Shown: positions 1 to 11,200, numbered from the stretch's first letter. The stretch: DNA of 62,594 nucleotides from Limisphaerales bacterium (GCA_025362675.1 JANYFN010000306.1:1-62594), one strand, 5' to 3'. Notes: generated from the letters alone by a model not told the origin. Translations and numbers: made by a program.

Positions 1-274
1 AAGGACTGATGGCCGCCCGCAATCGCGGGCGGGTGAAAAAAGCGGACGGCGAGGTCGAATGGAACGCGGGATGGACCAAAAAGGACGCCAACCGGGTGAT
101 CCGCAATGCCGAGACTTGTTTAGCCGGGGCTTTCTGCCTGAACCGCTGGCGAAATCCGGCTTCGTGGGCGGCTTCGTGGCAAATGTCATTCTCAGTTCTC
201 AACCGTTGACAACTCGGCTGAGGAAATCCGGTAGTGGTATGGTGGTATAGTCGTCCGGCTTCGTCTGGAAGCGA

Positions 275-1309
275 TTACTTCTTCTTGGAGAACGCCGCGT
301 CAAAGGCCGCTTGGTTCGGTGCGAAGTCGAGATCGCGCACGAACGCGCAACTCTCGGTCGCGCCGTGGATGCGGTCCATGCGGCCATCTTCCCATTCCAC
401 CGAGAGCGGCCCGCGATAGCCCACGTCGTTCAGCGCGACGATGATTTCCTCGAAATTGATGTCGCCGTGGCCGAGCGAGCGGAAATCCCAGAAGCGGCGA
501 GCGTCCGTGAAATCCGTATGCCCGCCAAACACGCCCACCGTGCCGTCGCCGTGACCCCACCAGACATCTTTCATGTGCGCGTGGAAAATGCGGTCGGCGA
601 ATTCGCGGATGAATTTGACGTAGTTCACGCCTTGATAACCGAGGTGCGACGGGTCGTAGTTGAAACCGAAGCGCGGATGATTCTTCACCGCCGCAAGCGC
701 ACGTTTGGCGGAGGCGATGTCGAAGGCGATTTCGGTGGGATGCACTTCGAGCGCGAAGTTGATGTTCTCTTTTTCGAACACATCGAGAATGGGCGTCCAA
801 CGTTTGGCAAAATCGACAAAGCCTTTGTCGAGAAACTCCTGACTGGTCGGGGGGAAGGCGTAGAGCGCGTGCCAGATGGAGGAGCCGGTGAAGCCGTTGA
901 CGACGGCGACCTCGCCTTTTCTGCCGCCGGGCTTGGCATCGAAAAATTTGCGCGCGGCTTTGGCGGTGAGTTTCATTTTTTCGGCGGCGCGTTGGCGCAC
1001 GCCCTCAGGTTTGCCATCGCCCCAGACATCGGCGGGGAGGATCGCTTGGTGACGCTCATCAATCAGATCGCAAATGGCCTGGCCGACGAGGTGCGAGGAA
1101 ATCGCGCGGCAAGTGAGGCCATGCTTATCGAGGAGCGCCCACTTCTTCTTGCAGTAGTCGGGTTCGTTTAGGGCGCGGTCCACTTCGAAATGATCGCCCC
1201 AGCAGGCGAGTTCCACGCCGTCGTAACCCATTTTTTTGACGAGCGGGAGGAGTTGTGCGAGAGAGAGATCGGCCCATTGGCCGGTGAACAGAGTGACGGT
1301 GCGTGGCAT
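275..1309 (-). CDS. Sugar phosphate isomerase/epimerase (xylose-isomerase-like TIM barrel, IolE-like)
   Basis: 344 aa; [32 protein letters not shown] and SVEWED metal-binding motifs. Confidence 0.9.
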   Translation of the reverse strand: MPRTVTLFTGQWADLSLAQLLPLVKKMGYDGVELACWGDHFEVDRALNEPDYCKKKWALLDKHGLTCRAISSHLVGQAICDLIDERHQAILPADVWGDGKPEGVRQRAAEKMKLTAKAARKFFDAKPGGRKGEVAVVNGFTGSSIWHALYAFPPTSQEFLDKGFVDFAKRWTPILDVFEKENINFALEVHPTEIAFDIASAKRALAAVKNHPRFGFNYDPSHLGYQGVNYVKFIREFADRIFHAHMKDVWWGHGDGTVGVFGGHTDFTDARRFWDFRSLGHGDINFEEIIVALNDVGYRGPLSVEWEDGRMDRIHGATESCAFVRDLDFAPNQAAFDAAFSKKK

Positions 1310-1390
1310 GGTTTGAAAAATGTGTTTCGGTTATGTTGCCAAAGTCAAAGTTCAGGTCAATCATTGCTGTGTGATTAAAATTAGTGACGC

Positions 1391-1819
1391 ATGAGCGAAA
1401 CGAAAAATAACTGGCAGTTGAAACTGTTGTTCGACGGACAATGTCCGTTCTGCCGCCGCGAAGTCGCGTGGCTGAAACGTCGCGATCGCGCGGGCAAGCT
1501 CGCGGTGGAAGATATTTCCGCGCCCGGGTTTGATGCGACGATTTACGGCCTAACGCAAACCGAAGTGGAAGGCGTGATGCACGGTATTTTTCCCGATGGG
1601 CGCGTGGTGACTCGGGTGGCGACGTTCCGCGCGGCGTATCGCTTGGTCGGTCTCGGCTGGCTGATCGCGCCGACGACGTGGCCGGGCCTGCGCTGGCTGG
1701 CGGATCGTTTCTACGAATGGTTCGCTCGCAATCGCGTGAAGCTCGGCAGCTGGTTTGGTGGACCGAAATGCGAGAACGGAAGTTGTCGGGTGGACCAGGA
1801 AAACAAAATCAACCGCTGA
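1391..1819 (+). CDS. DCC1-like/DUF393 thiol-disulfide oxidoreductase family protein
   Basis: LLFDGQCPFC (DGxCxxC) N-terminal motif; YEWFARNR C-terminal motif. Confidence 0.88.
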   Translation: MSETKNNWQLKLLFDGQCPFCRREVAWLKRRDRAGKLAVEDISAPGFDATIYGLTQTEVEGVMHGIFPDGRVVTRVATFRAAYRLVGLGWLIAPTTWPGLRWLADRFYEWFARNRVKLGSWFGGPKCENGSCRVDQENKINR

Positions 1820-1841
1820 TCAGCGGTTCATTGTTTGCACT

Positions 1842-2852
1842 TTAACTTTTCGGTGGCGCAGAACTTTTCCGCACTTCAAGTTCGGCCGGGAGCGGCGAGA
1901 GTTCGACAATTTCCTTGCGAATGAGTTTCATCAGGGCTTCCACCGCCGCGACGCCGAGTCGATGTTTCGGCTGGCGGACCGTGGTGAGGGGCACGCGAAA
2001 GTATTCCGCCGCCAGCACATTCCCAAAACCGACGAGCGAAACATCTTCGGGAATCTTCCAGCCTTGTTGCAGCAATGTTTCGGCGCAGCCAATGGCGACG
2101 AGGTCGCTCACGGCTTGCACCGCAGTTGGCTGACAACCTTCATTCACCATTTGCAACGTGGCGCGGGCGCCATCTTCAATCGTGCTGCCTGCTTGAAAAA
2201 CTAATTTATCGTCCGGTTGCAAGCCCGCTTCGCGCAGGGCGCGGCGATAACCTTCAAAACGTTCGTGCGCCCAGGGCGCGGCGGGCGGGCCGGTGAGATA
2301 GGCGATTTTTTTGTGGCCGAAATCGAGGAGATGTTTCGTCGCGGAGTAGCTGCCAGCGAGTTCTTGGGTTTCGATGCTGGGAAAACTTTTGCAGAACGGC
2401 GCGGGGGGACCGAGCAGCACGGTTGGAATTTTTCGCGCGGCGATCTCCTGATAAATACGCGCCTCGGCCTCGAAGCGATAGACGGGCGTGATTAGTAAAC
2501 CATCGACGCGGCGCGCGAGCAAACGGCGCAGACACGCATCTTCGCGTTCGGGTTTGTTTTGCGTTTGCGCGATGAGCAGATCGTAACCGAAGTCGTGCGT
2601 GCGTTCCTCGATGGCTGAAACGACGCGGGCGTAAATCGGATTCAGCGTGGAGGGAATCACGAGGCCGAGCAGCTTCGTCGTGTTTGTCCGCAAACCTTGC
2701 GCGCTGCTGTTCGGAACATAGCCGAGATCGTGGGCGAGTTTTTTTATCCGAGCACGAGTTGTGTCGGATACATCCGGTTCGTCACGCAGGGCTTTGGAAA
2801 CGGTCATCACGGACACGTTGGCGAGGTGGGCAATGTCTTTTAGGCGGACCAT
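1842..2852 (-). CDS. LacI family transcriptional regulator
   Basis: LKDIAHLANVSVMTVSKAL HTH; IPEDVSLVGF and PLTTVRQP sugar-binding domain. Confidence 0.95.
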   Translation of the reverse strand: MVRLKDIAHLANVSVMTVSKALRDEPDVSDTTRARIKKLAHDLGYVPNSSAQGLRTNTTKLLGLVIPSTLNPIYARVVSAIEERTHDFGYDLLIAQTQNKPEREDACLRRLLARRVDGLLITPVYRFEAEARIYQEIAARKIPTVLLGPPAPFCKSFPSIETQELAGSYSATKHLLDFGHKKIAYLTGPPAAPWAHERFEGYRRALREAGLQPDDKLVFQAGSTIEDGARATLQMVNEGCQPTAVQAVSDLVAIGCAETLLQQGWKIPEDVSLVGFGNVLAAEYFRVPLTTVRQPKHRLGVAAVEALMKLIRKEIVELSPLPAELEVRKSSAPPKS

Positions 2853-2861
2853 TTTTTAGAA

Positions 2862-3746
2862 TTAGAGATAGGTTCCGCGCCAGTGCAACTTACGGCGCAG
2901 AGCTTCGAGGAAGGAGCTATCGGCCAGTTGCAGGAGGCGCACGGAGCGGGTGCTGCGGCGAACAGTGATTGCATCGCCGGCGTCCAGTTCGCCCGCGAGT
3001 TCACCATCGGCGCTCAATACCGTGGCTGGCGATGCGGCCACGGCTTTCACTTGCAAAGTCGCGGATAGCGGCAAGATAATCGAACGATTCGAAAGCGCAT
3101 GGGGACAGATCGGTGTGAGCGTGAAGACATCGGCCGTCGGCAAAACGATGGCCCCGCCCGCTGCGAGCGAGTAAGCAGTGGAGCCGGTCGGCGAGCTCAC
3201 GATGAGGCCGTCGCAACGGTAGCGCGTGATGGGTTCGCCGTTCACGCTCACGTCGAGGGAAATCAAACGTGACACCGCGCCACGGCTGATGACGATGTCG
3301 TTCAAGGCTGGTGCCAGCACGCGTTGTCCGTGGCAAACGCCGGTCGCCTCGATGAGGGCGCGCGATTCAAATTTGAATTCTCCGCGCCAGATCAGTTTCA
3401 ATGCATCAGCAAGTTTGTCAGAAGAAACCGCCGTCAGAAAACCGAGGCCACCAATATTCACGCCGAGAATGGGCGTGCGAAATCCGGCGATGTCGCGGGC
3501 CGCGTGGAGCATCGTGCCGTCACCGCCAAAGACGATGATTAAATCTACTTCGCTCGCCAGCGCGGGTGCGTCGGGAAACACGGCGCACTTGAGGCCGGCA
3601 ATTTTCGCGGTGGCCGGGTCGCAGGCAATTGTTCGGCCCGTGCGCGCGATGAGTTGCGCGGCCTTGCGGACGACGGCGGCGCAGGCGGTCTTATCCGCGT
3701 TACCCACGAGGCCGATGCGTCGGAAATGTTCAGCGGATTTTTTCAA
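2862..3746 (-). CDS. nadK: NAD(+) kinase
   Basis: GGDGT, LND, DGLIVSSPTGSTAYSLAAGG motifs; overlaps tlyA. Confidence 0.95.
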   Translation of the reverse strand: MKKSAEHFRRIGLVGNADKTACAAVVRKAAQLIARTGRTIACDPATAKIAGLKCAVFPDAPALASEVDLIIVFGGDGTMLHAARDIAGFRTPILGVNIGGLGFLTAVSSDKLADALKLIWRGEFKFESRALIEATGVCHGQRVLAPALNDIVISRGAVSRLISLDVSVNGEPITRYRCDGLIVSSPTGSTAYSLAAGGAIVLPTADVFTLTPICPHALSNRSIILPLSATLQVKAVAASPATVLSADGELAGELDAGDAITVRRSTRSVRLLQLADSSFLEALRRKLHWRGTYL

Positions 3747-4464
3747 TCAACGTCAGAAATTCTTTGTTCCCGGCCGGGCCGAGCAGGGGAGATTCAACCA
3801 CACCACGCCAGCAAAGACCAGCCTGTGCGGAAACAAATTCATCGAGTTCGGCGATCACTCGCGCGTGGATCGCTGGGTCGGTGATGACGCCGCGTCCCTT
3901 GTCTGCTTCCGCCTTGCCCGCCTCAAACTGTGGCTTGATGAGCGCAATCAGCTTGCCGTCCGTCTTCAACAACGGCACGGCGGAGGGTAAAATTTTCTTT
4001 AGCGAGATGAACGAGCAATCGACCACGACGACATCGGCTGGAGTAGGGAAATGCTCTGGCTTTAAGAAACGGGCGTTGGTTTTTTCCATCACCACGACGC
4101 GCTGGTCGCTGCGCAGTTTCCACGCGAGCTGGCCTTGCCCGACATCCACGGCAAAAACTTTTTCTGCGCCGCGCTGCAATAAACAATCCGTGAAACCACC
4201 GGTGGAGGCGCCCAGATCAAGCGCCGTCAAACCGGTGACGTTGATCTGAAAATGTTCCAGTGCGTGCTCCAGCTTGTGTCCGCCGCGGCTCACATACTTC
4301 TCCGGCACGTCCACGGCGATGTCGTCGGTCGGCTTGGCGTTATCGCTGGCCTTGCGCGCCGGATGTCCGTTGACACGAATCTTCCCGGCGAGAATGAGCC
4401 GCTTGGCCTGTTCGCGACTATCGCAAAGTCCGCGTTCCACGAGCGCTTGGTCAAGACGGGTCAT
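3730..4464 (-). CDS. tlyA: TlyA family rRNA 2'-O-methyltransferase
   Basis: S4 domain RLDQALVERGL; YVSRGGHKL, DLGASTGGFTD, LIKPQFE. Confidence 0.95.
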   Translation of the reverse strand: MTRLDQALVERGLCDSREQAKRLILAGKIRVNGHPARKASDNAKPTDDIAVDVPEKYVSRGGHKLEHALEHFQINVTGLTALDLGASTGGFTDCLLQRGAEKVFAVDVGQGQLAWKLRSDQRVVVMEKTNARFLKPEHFPTPADVVVVDCSFISLKKILPSAVPLLKTDGKLIALIKPQFEAGKAEADKGRGVITDPAIHARVIAELDEFVSAQAGLCWRGVVESPLLGPAGNKEFLTLIEKIR

Positions 4465-4641
4465 GTGATGTTTGTTAAAACTGTTAAGGCCGTGGCGGGA
4501 GATTAGACGTGGTAAATTTACCGGGCAAGCCTCGCTTTAATGGTTCCACGCTTTTACGGCCTCGTAACAACGCCGCCTCGCGCCATAGCGAATATGGTTT
4601 TAGCGTCGGCGCTTTCAGTGTTAGGATTATTCACGTTTCGT

Positions 4642-4992
4642 ATGAACCTAGACAAAATTTCCATCGTTGATCTCGAAGTTTTTTATCGCGTGGGCGTGCC
4701 GGATGCCGAGCGCGCCCAGCCGCAGCGACTCTTGCTCACAGTGACTTTGGAATCGGACTTCGCCGCCGCCGCCAAATCGGATGGTATCGCTGACACGATC
4801 AATTATTTTTCAGTCACGCAACGACTTTTGAACTTCGGCTCGCAGCGCGAATGGAAGTTGATTGAGAAGCTCGCGTCGGATATCGCCGCAACGGTCTTGA
4901 CGGAGTTCAAGCCCCGCTCCGTTTCGGTCGAGGTGAAGAAATTTATCATTCCGGAAGCGCGTTACATCTCCGTTTCGTTGATCCGCCAATGA
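4642..4992 (+). CDS. folB: Dihydroneopterin aldolase
   Basis: VGVPDAERAQPQ, DTINY, KLIEKLA, VEVKK; ATG 4642 chosen as start. Confidence 0.9.
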   Translation: MNLDKISIVDLEVFYRVGVPDAERAQPQRLLLTVTLESDFAAAAKSDGIADTINYFSVTQRLLNFGSQREWKLIEKLASDIAATVLTEFKPRSVSVEVKKFIIPEARYISVSLIRQ

Positions 4993-4993
4993 A

Positions 4994-5021
4994 AAAGGCG
5001 AGGCCGTATAGCCTCGCCTTT
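4994..5021. terminator. Probable bidirectional intrinsic terminator between convergent folB and rplS
   Basis: aaaggcgaggc-cgtata-gcctcgccttt perfect 11-bp stem with A/T flanks. Confidence 0.85.
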
Positions 5022-5040
5022 GAGATTAGTTCCTCAAAAA

Positions 5041-5415
5041 TTACTTCTTCGGCGCCACAATCTTCTTCGCCTTTTCGTTAACCAACGTGGCACCCTTGCC
5101 GACGCGCTTGCGGAGGTAGGTGAGCTTGGCGCGGCGCACTTGGCCTTCGCGCTCGACTTCGATCTTATCCACGCGCGGGGAGTGCAGCGGGAAAATACGT
5201 TCCACACCTTCGCCGTAGCTGATCCGGCGGACCGTGAAGGTCTCGTTTAAGCCGCCGCCACGTTTGCCCATGACGACGCCCGAGAAAATCTGGATGCGTT
5301 CCTTGTCGCCTTCGACAACTTTGGTGTGAACTTTGACGGAATCGCCGACGTTAAACTTCGCGTCGTCTTTGCGAAACTGTTCCGATTGAATTTTTTTCAA
5401 CAATGCCTGGTTCAT
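5041..5415 (-). CDS. rplS: 50S ribosomal protein L19
   Basis: [40 protein letters not shown]. Confidence 0.98.
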   Translation of the reverse strand: MNQALLKKIQSEQFRKDDAKFNVGDSVKVHTKVVEGDKERIQIFSGVVMGKRGGGLNETFTVRRISYGEGVERIFPLHSPRVDKIEVEREGQVRRAKLTYLRKRVGKGATLVNEKAKKIVAPKK

Positions 5416-5482
5416 AAATTATATTTTCTGTTTTAAATACTTCGTTTCGAGTCCGGCGAATCACCTAGACTCAAAGTTTCAT

Positions 5483-6151
5483 TCACTGCAACAAATCCGG
5501 ACGTCGCGTTTGCGTTTTCAACTTCGCCTGTTCGCGCCGCCACTTCTCGATCTCCGCGTGATTGCCGGATAACAACACATCCGGCACCTTCGCGCCCCGA
5601 AATTCTGCTGGCCGGGTCCACTGCGGATACTCCAGTAAGCCGGCGCTGAACGATTCGTCCGACGAACTCGCATCATCGCCCAATACTCCCGGCAACAACC
5701 GCGTCACCGCATCAATCACCACCATCGCCGGCAGGGCACCGTTCGTTAGCACATAGTCGCCGATGGACAACTCGTCATCCGCTAACATCGTCCGCACCCG
5801 CTCGTCAAAACCTTCGTAATGGCCGGTCACGAGCAACAAATCTTTTAGCGCGGCTAATTCGCGCGCGATGCTCTGATCAAACTTCCGTCCGCCAGGTGAT
5901 AGCAAAATTACTTTCGTCGCCGGACGTTTTAAACTTTCCACCGCTTCAAACAGCGGCTCCGGCTTCATCAACATTCCGGGGCCACCGCCGAACGGACGAT
6001 CATCCACCGTCTTGTGCCGGTCATGCGTCCAATCGCGCAACTGGTGGATATTCAGATCCAGCAAACCCGCCTTCCGCGCCCGCATGATGATGCTCTCATC
6101 CAGCGGTCCGGCGAACATTGCCGGAAACAAAGTCAGCACGTCAATTTTCAT
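5483..6151 (-). CDS. trmD: tRNA (guanine37-N1)-methyltransferase
   Basis: [37 protein letters not shown]. Confidence 0.98.
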   Translation of the reverse strand: MKIDVLTLFPAMFAGPLDESIIMRARKAGLLDLNIHQLRDWTHDRHKTVDDRPFGGGPGMLMKPEPLFEAVESLKRPATKVILLSPGGRKFDQSIARELAALKDLLLVTGHYEGFDERVRTMLADDELSIGDYVLTNGALPAMVVIDAVTRLLPGVLGDDASSSDESFSAGLLEYPQWTRPAEFRGAKVPDVLLSGNHAEIEKWRREQAKLKTQTRRPDLLQ

Positions 6152-6155
6152 TCAC

Positions 6156-6226
6156 GTTGGAGTGCAAACTTTAGCTTGCCCGGCCGAAATTTTCATAAAG
6201 GAACAAGCTAAAGCTTGCACTCCAAC
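6156..6226. repeat. REP-like inverted doublet, family A copy 1
   Basis: gttggagtgcaaactttagcttg (6156-6178) and caagctaaagcttgcactccaac (6204-6226), 22/23 complementary; related copy at 24941-25000. Confidence 0.85.
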
Positions 6227-6232
6227 TACAAT

Positions 6233-6478
6233 TCATCTCGCCAGCTTGTCTTCCACTATCTCCACCGAGCAACGTAATCCCTTTTTAGCGCTGCCCACTA
6301 GCAACAGGGAGCGGATCGCGTTGATCGTTACGCCTTGGCGTCCGATAATCTGACCGACATCGGATGGGTTAAGGCGCAGTTCATAAACCGTCACGCCCGC
6401 GCGCTCGACCGGAGTGACTGTCGCGGCCTCCGGATGTTGCACGAGCCCTTTGACGACGTATTCGAGGAACTCCTGCAT
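6233..6478 (-). CDS. khpA: KH domain RNA-binding protein
   Basis: DVGQIIGRQGVTINAIR GxxG loop; directly after rpsP. Confidence 0.88.
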   Translation of the reverse strand: MQEFLEYVVKGLVQHPEAATVTPVERAGVTVYELRLNPSDVGQIIGRQGVTINAIRSLLLVGSAKKGLRCSVEIVEDKLAR

Positions 6479-6493
6479 GGCGGGGAATCTAAA

Positions 6494-6748
6494 TCAAGCC
6501 GCCGCTGCACTCTTCGCCAGCTTCTTGAGGAAGCTCGCCACGGTATCGCTCGGCTGCGCGCCTTTGCTGATCCAGTAGTGTGCGCGATCTTGCTTGATCG
6601 TAAAGTTTTCACCCGTCTTCAGCGGATAGTAATTACCGATTTCCTCGATGAATTTTCCATCACGCGGACTGCGGCTGTCGGCGACTACGATGCGGAACAC
6701 CGGGGTGTTCTTCGTGCCGACTCGTTTCATGCGAATTTTTACAGACAT
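6494..6748 (-). CDS. rpsP: 30S ribosomal protein S16
   Basis: VKIRMKRVG, RIVVADSRSPRDGKFIE, GAQPSDTV. Confidence 0.98.
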   Translation of the reverse strand: MSVKIRMKRVGTKNTPVFRIVVADSRSPRDGKFIEEIGNYYPLKTGENFTIKQDRAHYWISKGAQPSDTVASFLKKLAKSAAAA

Positions 6749-6976
6749 AATTGTTTCAAAAGAGCGCGTAACTTATCAAGCCCGCTTCATTTTGCAAGAC
6801 ATCATTTGCAAATCTTCGGGTTAATTTCATCCGTCGCCACCAGTTTATCACCAACTTTCTCCGACCACACTTCTTTACTTCCTTCCTATCCCCGTGCTCA
6901 CCCTTGCACTTCAAGCCGACTGGCTGAACTCACCGCCAACGCCACTGACATCCGTCATTTTCTCGCTGCGCGTTGG

Positions 6977-7144
6977 TTTGGTCCATCTGCCACCACGTCC
7001 GGCGTGTCAGCCGCTCTATTTGGTCATAGTTCCAGCTCATTTGGCGCGTCTGCCATCATCTTCGGTCAAGCTGCCGGTTCACTTGGCGCGTCTAGCCGTA
7101 TGTTTTTTGACTCTGGCGCAACGTCCAGTGATATTTATTCAACT
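6977..7144. repeat. Degenerate 21-bp (42-bp higher-order) tandem array
   Basis: About 8 units, e.g. tttggtccatctgccaccacg / tccggcgtgtcagccgctcta / tttggtcatagttccagctca / tttggcgcgtctgccatcatc / ttcggtcaagctgccggttca / cttggcgcgtctagccgtatg. Confidence 0.65.
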
Positions 7145-7216
7145 TATTTTGAACATTTCACCCCTTCACAACTGTCTAACAGGGGATAAAGGGACTGTTA
7201 AACTAACTAAACCATC

Positions 7217-7909
7217 ATGACCACTAAACAAATCAATAAACTCGACATGTATCTCGCTGTGGAAGGCATCTGCGATCTCACTACCTCCGCCTGGCAAACG
7301 CTCCAAGGTTTTTTCGATGCCTATGCGGATTTGAAAACTCACATCAACACCATTCAAACCCTCGCTCAAAGTCAGGGTCAAAATAACTCCGGCATCACGA
7401 AGGACAAGTTAGTGGCTCGCACCGCCATGTGTGCCCTCGCCGAACCCATTGGCAAAGCCGTCCATGCCTACGCCCTCAAAACCAAGAACAACACCCTCGC
7501 GCAATCCGTGGATTTCTCCATGAGCGATCTCAGCGGCGGGCGCGACGTGCAATCTAGCGATCGCTGCCAAACCATCGCCACCCTTGCCACCACCAATCTG
7601 CCCAACCTCACCAACTACGGCGTGAAAATTCCCAAGCTCACCGCACTCACCAACGCCGTCACCACCTACACCGGCCTCCTCAGCAAACCCCGTGATTCCC
7701 GCGCCAAAAACAAAACCACCACCGCCAACCTTCCCGTCGAATATTCCGCCGCCGATAGCGCCCTCGTCATCATGGATGATCTCACCGGCCAGCTCACTGA
7801 TACGACATTCATCAGTGATTATCGCAATGCCCGGATCATCGTGGATACCAACGCCCGCCGTCCCAAACCTAAAACCCCTCCGCCGCAGCCGGGCACTGCG
7901 ACTAGCTGA
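7217..7909 (+). CDS. Hypothetical helical protein (N-terminal QxNKLxMY, C-terminal YxNARIIVD, Pro-rich tail)
   Basis: 230-aa ORF with biased codon use; resembles from memory a family of unknown function common in Bacteroidota. Confidence 0.75.
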   Translation: MTTKQINKLDMYLAVEGICDLTTSAWQTLQGFFDAYADLKTHINTIQTLAQSQGQNNSGITKDKLVARTAMCALAEPIGKAVHAYALKTKNNTLAQSVDFSMSDLSGGRDVQSSDRCQTIATLATTNLPNLTNYGVKIPKLTALTNAVTTYTGLLSKPRDSRAKNKTTTANLPVEYSAADSALVIMDDLTGQLTDTTFISDYRNARIIVDTNARRPKPKTPPPQPGTATS

Positions 7910-7970
7910 ACTCTTGGGGATAAGACCCCATCACCCAGACATTGGGCCGTTCGTGATTTGAGACTTTGGT

Positions 7971-8212
7971 GGCAGGGCACGTCGCTCCGCGCGCCTCGGT
8001 TTGGTTCGGGCACCTGGCTTTGATAATAGCCCGGCCATTCATGGCTGGGTAGGCTGTCAATACATTGACCAGTCCCCAGGGGACGGCAGAATACTCCTTT
8101 CGTCCCTGCGGGACTTGTTCCTTGGCGGCACGAATGACCCAGTGCTAAATCACTGGGCTATTCTCGAAGTTTCTAAAACGAAGGGCGGCGCGCACGGAGT
8201 GACGCTGCCTGC
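7971..8212. repeat. Nested palindromic/REP-like elements
   Basis: Outer arms ggcagggcacgtcgctccgcgcgcc (7971-7995) and ggcgcgcacggagtgacgctgcctgc (8187-8212); inner element 8025-8162 aatagccc...gggctatt with central agtccccaggggacg / cgtccctgcgggact. Confidence 0.75.
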
Positions 8213-8233
8213 TCGCAGCTCATGCTTGCCAAG

Positions 8234-8266
8234 AAAAACGCCCTGACCAGTGAAGGTCAGGGCGTT
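8234..8266 (-). terminator. Intrinsic terminator of the Calx-beta gene
   Basis: aacgccctgacc-agtgaa-ggtcagggcgtt stem followed by a U-run on the minus strand. Confidence 0.85.
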
Positions 8267-8281
8267 GGTATTTACTTCCGT

Positions 8282-11200
8282 TCAATTATAGTGGGTCCGG
8301 AACTTGCCGTTCGTGACTTCCAGCACGGCGGGGGTCGTGCCAGTATCGCCGAGGGCGTGGAAGGTGAAACGGCCACTCACCATCTTAGTGCTCGTATCAA
8401 TCGCATCAATGATCACGGTGCCATGACTCCCCACGGACGCACTGCCGTTAGCGACGGCCCAAGATTGAGGTAAGCCACCGGTTAATCCAGTCTTGGTATA
8501 AAGCATGATGCCGCCGCTGCCGGAGTTATCCATCTGCTTGGTGCCGGTCGAAAACTGAACGCCTTCGAAGTCAAAGATGTTCAATGAACCATTGAAGAAA
8601 TTGACTTGCAGCTTGAAGCTGGAGCCAGCAACCCCATTCACCGCATTTCCCAAGGCGTTCGGGGTGATGTTCACCGCCGTGGCCCCAAGCGTCGCGGACA
8701 TGAACACGGGGCCGGTGATCGGCACGGCATTCACATCCGGCTTATCCGCGAGACTCAAGATTGCGGTGGCAGGTGAGCCTACATACGGCCCGCTCAACGA
8801 GAGATTCACCGTCTCGGTGGTTTCCACAATCGAGTCCGCGATGATTGGAACCAGAATGGTCTTGTTCGTCTCGCCGGCGGCGAAGGTGATAGTGCCGCTC
8901 ATGTCCGTGTAATCCAAACCGGAGGTGGCCGTGCCGCCGCTCATCACGAAGCTGGCGCTGATGCCGCTCGCCAAACCGCCGGTGCGCGTGACTTTGATCG
9001 CCGCCGTGCCGCCTTCGGTGCCGCTGAAACTGGCCGCGCCAAATTGGATGGTGCCTGCCGTGTCATTGTCTTGAATGGTGATGGTCTCGGTGGCGTTGCC
9101 GCCGAGTTGGGCCCCGCCGCCTTGCGGATTGGAGATGGTGAAGGTGAAGGTCTCATCATTTTCCACCACGGTATCGTTGATGATGGGAATGCTGATGGTC
9201 TTGCTGTTGACGTTGGCGGGAATGGTCACGGTGCCATTCGTCGCGCGGTAATCGGAACCGGCGAGGGCAGTGCCATCGGCGGTCGCGAAATTAACCGTGA
9301 CGGGTGAGGTCAACACGCCGGAGCGCACGAGCGTGACGACGACGTTGCCTATGCCTTCGCTGACGGTCACCGTGGCGTTACTGAGGCTGACGCTGTTCTC
9401 ATCATCGAGGATGGTGAGCGTGGCGACGTTGTTGGTCGTGAGGGTGGCGCCGCCCTGCGGGTTGGCGAGGGTGAGCGTGAAGGATTCGTTGCCTTCAACG
9501 AGCGTGTCTTGAATGATCGGAATGGCGATGACTTTGTTCGTCTCGCCCGCCGCGAAGGTGAGCGTGTTATTGACGTTGCCATAATCAACATCAGAAGTGG
9601 CCGTGCCGCTGGTGGTGAAGTAATCCACGCTCACGCCGCTGGCTTTGCCGCCGGTGCGGATGATGTTGACGTAGAAGTTCGTCGCGCCTTCGCTGGCGGA
9701 GTAATTCGTTTTGATGAAGCTGAACTTGCCGCCGAGATCATCTTCGGAGATGGTCAAAGTGGCGAGGTTGCGGGTGCCAATGCTGCCGCCGCCAGTCGCA
9801 TAGTTCAGGGAGAGCAAGACGGTGGTGTTGCCGCCAACGACCGTGTTGTTCAAGATCGGCACGCGAATCTTCTTGGTGGTCTCACCATTGGTGAACGTAA
9901 CGGTCTGGGTGACGTTCGAGTAATCCACGCCGGCGATGGCAGAGCCATCGGCAGTGAGGAAATCCACCGTGACGCCGCTCGCCAAACCGTTGCTGCGGAC
10001 GAGGGTGATGATGGCATTGGTGCCGCCTTCGGTCACGGCGTAGTTATTCGTGCTGAAGTTGATCACGCCGCCGAAGTCGTTGTTCGTGATGATCACGGTG
10101 GTGATGGATTGCAAACCGAGCAAGCAGTTGGTCGGATTCGAGAGTTGCACTTGGAAGGTTTCGTTATCTTCCACGATCGTGTCGTTGGTGATGCTCAAGG
10201 TGATGGTCTTGGCCGTGACGCCGGCCGGGAAAACTAACGTGCCGTTGGTGGCGCGGTAATCAAGCCCTGCGTTCGCGGTGCCGTCGAGGGTGTTGTAGTT
10301 GACGCTGGCCGGGACAAAGAGTGCGCCGCTGCGAATGGCGGTGATGCTGAACGTGCCGACGCCTTCGCCGACGGTGTAAGTGGCGTTGGTGAAGGCGATG
10401 CTGGATTCATCGTCTTTGATGGTGAGGATGGCGGTCTTCGCCGTGTTATTCGTGCTGACATTCGCACCGCCGGTGGCGTTGCTCAATTGCACGGCGAAGC
10501 TCTGATCGCCGTTCGGCAACGAGTCATTGATGACGGCGACTTGGAACGATTTGGATAACTCATTCGAGCCGAACGCCAGTGTGCCGTTCGTGGCCACGTA
10601 ACGAATGCCGGCAAGCGCGGTGCCGTCCACCGTATTGAAATCCACGGTCACGCCGCTTGCTGCGCCGCCCGTGCGGAGGACAGTGACGAGGAAGTTCGTG
10701 GAGTTTTCATTAGTGACGTAGTTGCTTTGTTTGAACGCGAACGTGCCGCCGAGATCATCGTTGATAATGCTGACACGGGTGATGTCATTGGTGCCGAGCG
10801 CAGCGCCGCCGCTCGGGTTGGTGAGCGCAACGTGGAAGACGGGATTGGTTTCGAAGATCGAGTTATTGATGATAGGGATCGTGATCGTTTTGCTCGCGAT
10901 ACCAGGGCCGAAAGTGACGGTGCCGTTCGTGGCGATGTAGTTCAATCCAGGAATTGCCGTATCGCCAAAGGAGTAACTGTAAGCGAAGTATTCGGCGGCT
11001 ACCGTGCCCGTAGTGCCACCGATGCGGTTCACGGTCAGGGTGATGAACTTGGCAGCTTCCGGGATGGAATTGCTGCGCGTCGCGAATTGCAATTTGCCCG
11101 CAGCGGCGACCTCATTATCCACAATGGTGAGAACGGCATTCGAGCGCGTGCCGATTTCAGCGCCGTCCTGAGGATTCGTGAGAAAGAGATTCACCGTCCG

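Noticed and set aside
1..270. ORF 9-209 and short repeats (cggcttcgt x3, ggtagtggtatggtggtatag)
   Set aside because: No recognisable protein motif; at the window edge; repeats too short to interpret.
311..1171. Long antisense or alternate-frame ORFs (e.g. 311-1171, 3226-3990, 15123-15995, 18167-19021, 53745-54578)
   Set aside because: Shadow ORFs of GC-rich genes that overlap well-supported CDSs.
5453..5473. Small hairpin upstream of rplS as a possible L19 leader
   Set aside because: The stem is short and cannot be supported without covariation data.
6152..6232. Absence of rimM between khpA and trmD
   Set aside because: To my knowledge rimM is often missing from this operon in PVC bacteria, and no remnant is visible.
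6977..7144. 21-bp arrays (also 47023-47135) as CRISPR
   Set aside because: No constant repeat with unique spacers, and no cas genes.
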